Source: Chloroflexota bacterium
Lineage (GTDB): Bacteria; Chloroflexota; Dehalococcoidia; Dehalococcoidales; UBA2162
Assembly: GCA_043804635.1 (NCBI GenBank)
Contig: JAZDIU010000085.1
Span: 3,120 to 67,119, forward strand
Direction of reading: 5' to 3'
DNA length: 64,000 nucleotides
Shown: piece by piece, positions 55,831 through 64,000 of the stretch
Layout: each line of letters begins with the position of its first letter
Position numbering within the stretch: the stretch's first letter is position 1
Translations under genes and position numbers: made by a program
Notes under the pieces: model-generated
What the model saw: only the letters and a program-made list of their open reading frames with translations
Told to the model about the DNA's origin: nothing
The model's database searches: none

Positions 55831-55905
55831 TTGGCTTGCGTAAGAGGGCGAAGGGCGACACTTACTCAGACTGAGGGCGTTATGGTATTATAAATGCTGT
55901 TGAAT

Positions 55906-55978
55906 GCGCCTGTAGCTCAGTGGATAGAGCATCGGTCTTCGAAACCGGGGGTCGTGGGTTCGAATCCCACCAGGCGCG
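55906..55978 (+). tRNA. tRNA-Arg (anticodon TCG); CCA not encoded (followed by CTA)
   Basis: Acceptor GCGCCTG/CAGGCGC, D arm GCTC/GAGC, anticodon loop CTTCGAA, T loop GGTTCGAATCC. Confidence 0.95.
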
Positions 55979-56105
55979 CTACCCCCCAATGTCATAAATT
56001 TGTTACTTTTCCGCCCGTTATTTTATAACTTTTACACTCTCAGCTTGCTAAGATACCGGCACGGAGTATATTCACCTTTCGTAGTTCTCACTTAAGGAGG
56101 TCGCA

Positions 56106-56450
56106 ATGAATAAGGATATCAGAACAGCCTTAATCATCGGCGGGATAATCGTCGCCGCACTGGTAGTTGTCTCCATCTTCGGGGGATGGGGTGGCTATAG
56201 TGGTTATGGCGGCTACGGCGGGATGATGGGACCCTGGGCGGGCGGTACCGGCTGGGGGTGGTTTATGCCAATATTAATGATTGTTTTCTGGGGACTGGTT
56301 ATCTGGGCTATCGTAGCCCTGGTGCGTGGTTTGTCATCGGGCGGCGGGTCAAGACAAGAGGAATCGGCTCTGGATGTGCTTAAAAAAAGGTATGCCCGGG
56401 GCGAGATTTCCAAAGAGGAATATGAGGCTAAGAAAAAGGACCTGCTATAA
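56106..56450 (+). CDS. SHOCT domain membrane protein (often copper-associated)
   Basis: Gly/Met-rich GGMMGPW, TM segments, ALDVLKKRYARGEISKEEY. Confidence 0.88.
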   Translation: MNKDIRTALIIGGIIVAALVVVSIFGGWGGYSGYGGYGGMMGPWAGGTGWGWFMPILMIVFWGLVIWAIVALVRGLSSGGGSRQEESALDVLKKRYARGEISKEEYEAKKKDLL

Positions 56451-56464
56451 TCAAGGTTACAGTT

Positions 56465-56544
56465 GGATTGCTTCGACTCCGCCCATCCCGGGGCGGGCGG
56501 GTTCGAAACCCGCCCCTACGAACGGGCAATGGTCTCGCAATGAC
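56465..56544. repeat. Nested REP elements
   Basis: GGATTGCTTCG...CTCGCAATGAC encloses GGGCGGGTTCGAAACCCGCCCCTAC. Confidence 0.65.
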
Positions 56545-56604
56545 AGTTGAGTGCAGGAGGGAACAATGAGGAGAGGAATTTATCAATATTAAGGAATTTT
56601 CACA

Positions 56605-59571
56605 GTGATTGACATAATCGTAACTCTGGCCGGTCTGGCGGCGATTGCTTTTCTATCCTGGTTTTTCTTCGGTCCCAAGCAAGCCCAAACGGCACGGGTA
56701 AAGGGCAACGTCCAGGAGATAGAGATTACGGTCAAGGGAGGATATTCGCCGGATGTTATCCGGGTAAAGAAGGGTATCCCGCTCCGCCTCGTCTTCGACC
56801 GCAAGGAAGCCGGCGACTGCAGTTCGAGGGTGGTCTTTCCCGATTTCCAGGTCAGCAAGACGTTAGCTCCATTTGCCCGGACTAACCTCGAATTCACTCC
56901 GGATAAAGCCGGCGAGTTCGGCTTTGCCTGCGGTATGAACATGCTGCACGGCACTATAATTGTGGAAGATAGCAAGGGAGCCGCCGAGAAAACCGAAACA
57001 GAAAAACCACAGGCTGAAGTTCCTGCCAGAGAGCACGCCCAGGCAGTAGGCGTGGGTCCGCGTATGCCGGTGGGCAAGACGGAACAGACGGAGTTTGCGT
57101 TGGTGGGCGGAGGCGTCACTTGCCCCAGTTGTGCCGTAAATATCGAGAGTGCCTTAAATAGGCTCCATGGCGTCGATGATGTTAAAGTCAATTTCGGCAC
57201 CGACCGTATTATCGTCCGGCACGACCCGTCACAGGTAACTCAGGACGAGATGAGGGAAGTTATCGAAAATACCGGCTACAAAGTCCACCTGAGAGGCAAA
57301 GCCGGCACTGAGGAAACCGAAGACCGGGAAGCCGCCGAGCGGAAAGCCGAGCGTAGTGATTTGACGCGGCGCCTCGTCGTGGGAATCATATTATCCGCGC
57401 CGGTAGCTTTTGCCGTGATGGCACACGATATTTTCGGCGCGATGTGGATACCTTCCTTTTTGCTTAATCGCTGGGTCCAACTGGTGCTGATTACGCCGGT
57501 GATGTTCTATTCCGGCTGGCCGATACACCGCACCGGCTGGCTCACTTTACGTCACCGCACCGCCGATATGAACACGCTGATTACTATCGGCACAATTGCC
57601 GCTTACGGCTATAGCCTGATAGTTACCATTGTGCCGGGGATCCTGCCTGAGAATCTACGCCAGGTATATTTCGAAGCGGTCGGCGTTATTATTACGTTGA
57701 TTATGCTGGGTCGTCTCCTGGAGGCGATTGCCAAGGGCGGCACCAGTGAGGCTATCCGCAAGCTGATTGGGCTTCAGGCCAAAACTGCCCGAGTCGTTCG
57801 TGACGGTAAAGAGGCAGACATCCCGATTGAGGATGTCCAGATGGGTGATATCGTTATAGTCCGCCCCGGAGAGAAAGTGCCGGTAGACGGCGAGATTGTG
57901 GAGGGCCGTTCCACGCTCGATGAATCGATGGTAACCGGAGAGAGCCTGCCCGTTACCAAAGGCCCGGGAGACGTTGTTATCGGGGCTACCATTAACCAGA
58001 CGGGAGCTTTCCGTTTCAAAGCGACTAAAGTCGGCAGCGAAACGATGCTGGCACAGATAATACAGCTCGTGGAGCAGGCACAGGGTTCCAAAGCGCCTAT
58101 CCAGCGCCTCGCCGACCTTATTGCCAGCCGATTCGTTCCCGGAGTTATCTTTATTGCAATCGCCACATTTGTCATCTGGTTCATCTTCGGGCCCGGGCCA
58201 GCCCTCATATTCTCACTGGTTAATGCAGTGGCGGTGCTTATTATTGCCTGTCCTTGCGCTTTAGGTCTGGCAACTCCGCTTTCGGTGATGGTCGGCACCG
58301 GTAAAGGTGCCCAGAACGGTATTCTCATCCGCTCTGCGGAAGCACTGGAAACGGCTCATAAGCTAAATACTCTGATACTGGATAAGACCGGCACCATTAC
58401 CAGAGGCAAACCGTCTCTGACCGATGTGGTATCGGTAGACAGTATTAGTACCGATGAATTGCTTCGCCTGGTAGCCTCGGCGGAAAAGTCTTCCGAGCAT
58501 CCGCTGGGGCAGGCTATCATACGGGGCGCTCAAGATAAGAACCTAACACTGGTTGAACCCGGGCAATTCGAGTCGGTTACCGGCAAAGGAATCAAGGTAT
58601 CAATCGATGGACGCCAGGTGCTGGTGGGCACCCGACGCCTTCTTGGTGATGTCGGTATGAAAATCGAAATGCTTGAGAAGCATGCCGAACGCCTGGAAGC
58701 CGATGGCAAGACAGCAATGTTCGTGGCTATTGATGGTAAACCAGCGGGGGTTGTTGCTGTGGCTGATACGGTGAAAGAGGATTCAATTGCGGCTATAGCG
58801 ACACTAAAGCGGCTGGGTGTTGAGGTGGTTATGATTACCGGGGATAACCGCCATACTGCGGAAGCCATCGCCCGGCAAGTAGGCATCGAGCGCGTTCTGG
58901 CTGAAGTCCTGCCTCAGGATAAAGCCCTCGAAGTGAAGAGACTCCAGGGAGAAGACAAACTGGTCGGGATGGTGGGAGACGGTATCAATGATGCCCCGGC
59001 ATTAGCTCAGGCAGACGTGGGTATTGCCATCGGCACCGGCACAGATGTAGCCATAGAGTCGTCAGATATTACTCTTATCTCCGGTGAACTTAGAGGAGTG
59101 GTGACGGCAATAACTCTAAGCCGTGCCACCCTCAGGAATATACGCCAGAATCTTACATTTGCTTTCTTTTACAACACTATCCTAATTCCGGTAGCGGCCG
59201 GCGTGCTGTATCCTGCCTTCGGCATATTATTAAGCCCGATGATTGCGGCGGCGGCAATGGCGATGAGTTCGCTTTCCGTGGTGAGTAACGCCAACCGGCT
59301 ACGAAGCTATAAGCCGATAGCTCTGGTAACAACCGGGGCAGGCAAGCCGGTAACACCCAAGGTTGAAGTCAGCGAAACAAAAGCTCATGAGGAGCCAGAG
59401 GAGGTAACAATGGCAACGGTTAAAGATCTTGTTTGCGGAATGGAAATCGACCCCAAGGATGCTGCCGCTAAAGAAGTATATAAAGGGAAGACATACTACT
59501 TCTGTGCAAAAATGTGTGCGGAAAGGTTTAAAGCCAACCCTGAAAAGTATCTTGGAAAGGCTAAATCATAA
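56605..59571 (+). CDS. copA: Copper-translocating P1B-type ATPase with N-terminal cupredoxin and HMA domains and a C-terminal YHS domain
   Basis: GGYSPD...C...FACGMNM cupredoxin, [33 protein letters not shown] and M..SS, DLVCGM...YYFC YHS. Confidence 0.93.
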   Translation: MIDIIVTLAGLAAIAFLSWFFFGPKQAQTARVKGNVQEIEITVKGGYSPDVIRVKKGIPLRLVFDRKEAGDCSSRVVFPDFQVSKTLAPFARTNLEFTPDKAGEFGFACGMNMLHGTIIVEDSKGAAEKTETEKPQAEVPAREHAQAVGVGPRMPVGKTEQTEFALVGGGVTCPSCAVNIESALNRLHGVDDVKVNFGTDRIIVRHDPSQVTQDEMREVIENTGYKVHLRGKAGTEETEDREAAERKAERSDLTRRLVVGIILSAPVAFAVMAHDIFGAMWIPSFLLNRWVQLVLITPVMFYSGWPIHRTGWLTLRHRTADMNTLITIGTIAAYGYSLIVTIVPGILPENLRQVYFEAVGVIITLIMLGRLLEAIAKGGTSEAIRKLIGLQAKTARVVRDGKEADIPIEDVQMGDIVIVRPGEKVPVDGEIVEGRSTLDESMVTGESLPVTKGPGDVVIGATINQTGAFRFKATKVGSETMLAQIIQLVEQAQGSKAPIQRLADLIASRFVPGVIFIAIATFVIWFIFGPGPALIFSLVNAVAVLIIACPCALGLATPLSVMVGTGKGAQNGILIRSAEALETAHKLNTLILDKTGTITRGKPSLTDVVSVDSISTDELLRLVASAEKSSEHPLGQAIIRGAQDKNLTLVEPGQFESVTGKGIKVSIDGRQVLVGTRRLLGDVGMKIEMLEKHAERLEADGKTAMFVAIDGKPAGVVAVADTVKEDSIAAIATLKRLGVEVVMITGDNRHTAEAIARQVGIERVLAEVLPQDKALEVKRLQGEDKLVGMVGDGINDAPALAQADVGIAIGTGTDVAIESSDITLISGELRGVVTAITLSRATLRNIRQNLTFAFFYNTILIPVAAGVLYPAFGILLSPMIAAAAMAMSSLSVVSNANRLRSYKPIALVTTGAGKPVTPKVEVSETKAHEEPEEVTMATVKDLVCGMEIDPKDAAAKEVYKGKTYYFCAKMCAERFKANPEKYLGKAKS

Positions 59572-59593
59572 ATCTTAAATCCTTAAATCGTAA
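59561..59593. repeat. Degenerate heptamer tract (TAAATC(A/T/G))
   Basis: TAAATCATAAATCTTAAATCCTTAAATCGTAA at the copA stop codon. Confidence 0.55.
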
Positions 59594-59652
59594 CTTAAGG
59601 TAAGCTCGCAGCGAACTGAATTTTCCCTATCTATATTTTAGTAAATTGGCAC

Positions 59653-59681
59653 TTGACATTTTTTTAACTTTAAACTATACT
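59653..59681 (+). promoter_or_regulatory. Sigma70 promoter of the rrf2-met cluster
   Basis: TTGACA-17-TATACT. Confidence 0.72.
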
Positions 59682-59717
59682 AAAACAATAACTTTAGTAT
59701 CCTATTAAGAGACAATT

Positions 59718-60161
59718 ATGAAATTATCTACTAAAGGACGTTACGGAACCAGAATTCTGTTGGAAGTGGCTCTTCGGCATAGCCGGGAGCCGGTCTCTCT
59801 TCAAGATATTGCCAAATGCCAGCAGATTCCACTCCCTTACGTTAAACGACTAATTGGTCCTTTGTTAAATGGCGGATTGTTGAGGAGTAGTCGGGGTGTG
59901 GGGGGTGGCATCACTCTGGCTAAACCACCCGAATTAATCAAGCTTAAAGATGCAATTCAGCTTCTGGAAGGCTCGATTTCTCCCGTCCAGTGCATTGACG
60001 ACCCATCCGTGTGTAACCGGTCCGGTTTTTGTGCCACCCGGGATATATGGAACAAAATAGGGGAGGCGATGAACGGAGTATTGGAGACAACAACTTTGAA
60101 AGATGTTGTTGAGCTCCAGCTCCGCAAGATGCAGCCGGACGCCGCTATGTACTACATTTAG
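59718..60161 (+). CDS. Rrf2 family transcriptional regulator (CymR/IscR-like)
   Basis: MKLSTKGRYG, SSRGVGGG, LEG, three Cys residues, C-terminal MYYI. Confidence 0.92.
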   Translation: MKLSTKGRYGTRILLEVALRHSREPVSLQDIAKCQQIPLPYVKRLIGPLLNGGLLRSSRGVGGGITLAKPPELIKLKDAIQLLEGSISPVQCIDDPSVCNRSGFCATRDIWNKIGEAMNGVLETTTLKDVVELQLRKMQPDAAMYYI

Positions 60162-60303
60162 GAGTCATTCCGGACTCCGAACGTAGTGCAGAAGAATCTC
60201 AGGGCTGTTGTAAATCCCACGAAACCAGATTCTTCGTCATTTTTTCATAAAGCTAAGGACAAAAGCTTAATCTGTTATCTTAATCGAATTGGGGAAAACA
60301 TAA

Positions 60304-61626
<1,323 letters not shown>

Positions 61627-61653
61627 GTTCAGTTTGCTGTTTTTGGAGAAGAT

Positions 61654-62814
61654 ATGGAGGCAATATTAAAAAGTAGCAGCGTCGGTGTTGTTGAAACTCA
61701 GTATTATACTTTTGCCAACCCTCCCAATGAGCTGGTGCTTGAGAATGGCGAAAAACTCGGTCCTATCACGCTGGCTTTTGAGACTTACGGTAAACTCAAT
61801 AAGGATAAGTCCAATGCCATTCTCATTCTCCATGCTCTATCGGGAGACGCTCATGCCGCCGGTTTCCACAAGGGCGATGAGGACCCCGGCTGGTGGGACG
61901 ATATGATAGGACCCGGGAAGGCTTTTGATACCGATAAGTATTTTGTTATCTGCTCTAATATTATCGGAGGATGCAAAGGGTCTACCGGACCTTCGTCGAT
62001 AAACCCCAAAACGCATAGACCTTATGGGCTCGATTTTCCGGCAATAACCATAAAGGACATAGTAAACGCACAGAGATACCTTATCGATTACCTGGGTATC
62101 AACCAACTTCTCTCCGTAGCTGGCGGTTCTATGGGTGGAATGCAAGTCTTGGAGTGGATGGTTTCTTACCCGGAGAGAATTAGAAGTGCCATACCCATCG
62201 CCACTACGCTCAGGCATTCACCTCAGCAGATTGCGTTTAATGAGGTGGGCCGGCAGGCGATAATGGCAGATTCCAACTGGAATGGCGGCAATTATTATGA
62301 CGGTCCGTTACCAGCCAGCGGTCTGGCTGTTGCCAGGATGGTGGGACACATTACTTATATGAGTGATAAATCGATGGCAGAGAAATTCGGGCGGCGGCTC
62401 AAAAACGATAAACCGGACTTCAAATTTACCGCTGATTTCGAGGTAGAGAGGTATCTGCAGTATCGCGGCAACAACTTTGTAAAGCGGTTCGATGCTAATT
62501 CTTACCTGTACGTCACCAAGACAATCGATTATTTCGATGCGTCCGGAGGAAAGAAACTCGGGGAGGTTTTTAAAGGCATCGATACCCGGGTCCTGGTAAT
62601 TGCTTTCAAATCGGACTGGTTGTATCCGGCATATCAATCTCAAGAAATCGTCAGAGCTTGTAAACTGGCGGGGCTGGATGTTACGTATTGCGAGATAGAT
62701 TCTAACTACGGCCATGATGCCTTTTTGTTGGAGACAAAAGAAGAGACGCACCTGATTAAGTATTTCCTGGAAAGAGTGTCCCGCACAAGAGGTGATGCTG
62801 AAAATGAGACCTGA
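61654..62814 (+). CDS. metX: Homoserine O-acetyltransferase
   Basis: [35 protein letters not shown]. Confidence 0.95.
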   Translation: MEAILKSSSVGVVETQYYTFANPPNELVLENGEKLGPITLAFETYGKLNKDKSNAILILHALSGDAHAAGFHKGDEDPGWWDDMIGPGKAFDTDKYFVICSNIIGGCKGSTGPSSINPKTHRPYGLDFPAITIKDIVNAQRYLIDYLGINQLLSVAGGSMGGMQVLEWMVSYPERIRSAIPIATTLRHSPQQIAFNEVGRQAIMADSNWNGGNYYDGPLPASGLAVARMVGHITYMSDKSMAEKFGRRLKNDKPDFKFTADFEVERYLQYRGNNFVKRFDANSYLYVTKTIDYFDASGGKKLGEVFKGIDTRVLVIAFKSDWLYPAYQSQEIVRACKLAGLDVTYCEIDSNYGHDAFLLETKEETHLIKYFLERVSRTRGDAENET

Positions 62815-63397
62815 CCATCAGATAATACTCGATTTTATAAAACCCGGTTCGTCGGTTCTGGACCTCGGTTGCGGTGACGGAGAACTGCTATCGATTCTGG
62901 CACGGGAGAAGAAGGCTAGCGTTCGTGGGATCGAGATAGACGAGCAAGCCATATATAAATGCGTGTCTCGGGGTTTAAGTGTGCTTCACGGAGATATAGA
63001 CTCCGATTTGCCTGATTACGGAGACAAGTCTTTCGATTACGTAATGCTTAACCAGAGCTTCCAACAGGTAAAAAAGCCTGACGCAGTGCTTAAAGAAGCA
63101 CTGCGAGTAGGTAAGCAGGTTATCGTTGGCTTTCCTAATTTTGCGCATTTTTCGGCGCGGACACAGATATTCTTTAGAGGGAAGACGCCGATTACGCCCT
63201 CTTTACCTTACGAGTGGCACGATACTCCGAACTTACATTTTTTAAGCATTGCGGACTTCATTGAATATTGCCGCAAAAGACATATCAAAATCAAGAGGGC
63301 GGCTTTTGTTGGAGCGAATAAAAGGGTGAAGCTATTCCCGAACATATTCGCCCTGGTAGGGATATTTCTCCTCTCTAATGGGGAGGGCATAAGGTAG
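62804..63397 (+). CDS. metW: Methionine biosynthesis protein MetW
   Basis: [27 protein letters not shown]. Overlaps metX. Confidence 0.94.
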   Translation: MRPDHQIILDFIKPGSSVLDLGCGDGELLSILAREKKASVRGIEIDEQAIYKCVSRGLSVLHGDIDSDLPDYGDKSFDYVMLNQSFQQVKKPDAVLKEALRVGKQVIVGFPNFAHFSARTQIFFRGKTPITPSLPYEWHDTPNLHFLSIADFIEYCRKRHIKIKRAAFVGANKRVKLFPNIFALVGIFLLSNGEGIR

Positions 63398-63403
63398 GTG
63401 AAA

Positions 63404-64000
63404 ATGGCTGAATATAAATATCTGGAACTCAAGGCGGCTTTGCTGGTAGATGGCGTCCAGGCGACTCACGATGCCCTGAAGGAAGTAGGCAAGAAATATA
63501 AGGAACAGAACCATGGACTGTTCGGCTGGGATTTCGAAGACCATCCCGGAATGATGTTACCCGACGATTTTACTCTCCCCGATGGAACGATCGTTCAGTT
63601 CAGAAAGAATAGCCGTTCGCCGTATCTGGTTTCTTCCAAGGGAGATACCCTGGTTTTATCCAGGGGCGAAGAGGAAATTTGTAATGTCGAGTGGATACCG
63701 AGGCCGGCATATTACGAGAAGAAGACGAAGAACAGCCATTCGATGGTTAAGGTCGGGCAGATTGGGGGTGGGGACTGCTTATTCTTTTGCTATCAGAATT
63801 ACTGCAGCTTTTTCCCAAAACACCAGGAGTGTCTTTTCTGTAATCTTGTCTCGACATCTGAAACCTATAACTCTGTGCTGAAAAAGAAAGACACCGAAGA
63901 CATCGGTGAGGTCGCCAGAGAGGCTTTCTCAGAAGGTATGGTAAACCACGTTCTGCTAACCGGCGGCTGTTTCAATCATCAGAAGGAAATCGAGCTGGTA
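63404..64000 (+). CDS. Radical SAM protein (runs off the window), atypical CX8CX2C motif
   Basis: Not in the ORF track; translated by hand. MAEYKYLELKAALLVDG...QNYCSFFPKHQECLFCNL...VLLTGG. Confidence 0.8.
   Translation, partial: MAEYKYLELKAALLVDGVQATHDALKEVGKKYKEQNHGLFGWDFEDHPGMMLPDDFTLPDGTIVQFRKNSRSPYLVSSKGDTLVLSRGEEEICNVEWIPRPAYYEKKTKNSHSMVKVGQIGGGDCLFFCYQNYCSFFPKHQECLFCNLVSTSETYNSVLKKKDTEDIGEVAREAFSEGMVNHVLLTGGCFNHQKEIELV

Noticed and set aside
56566-56592. Mini-ORF MRRGIYQY with a good RBS just before copA
   Set aside because: Only 8 codons, with no regulatory codon pattern or attenuator structure. It cannot be supported.

Overview
64 kb of a bacterial chromosome, most likely from an anaerobic Chloroflexota (Dehalococcoidia-like) organism. 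That assignment is an inference from the rpsF-ssb-rpsR-rpmH-rnpA-yidD-(PQQ propeller)-yidC-jag gene order and the lipoprotein-anchored TRAP receptors. The window holds anaerobic catabolic genes (acyl-CoA dehydrogenases, thiolase/DUF35, ThDP enzyme, alcohol dehydrogenases, CoA transferases, a Mo/W-bisPGD oxidoreductase, an OYE-type flavoenzyme), a TRAP transporter locus with three receptors, two unusual c-type cytochromes, a transposase-disrupted pseudogene, tRNA-Arg(TCG), a Cu-ATPase and a Rrf2-metY-metX-metW-radical SAM cluster. Several families of REP-like and heptamer repeats fill the intergenic regions. The most striking signal is absent from the ORF track: a 39-codon leader ORF (44216-44097, minus strand) with a strong RBS, two in-frame UGA codons (R-U-V-U) and a bacterial SECIS-like hairpin. 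It is followed by an 11/12-bp antiterminator and an intrinsic terminator directly upstream of a double-cubane cluster reductase-yedF operon, which suggests a selenocysteine-sensing transcription attenuator. A three-copy structured non-coding element, one copy behind a LexA-box promoter, is also unexplained. All product calls come from motif recognition by eye; no searches or folding programs were run.
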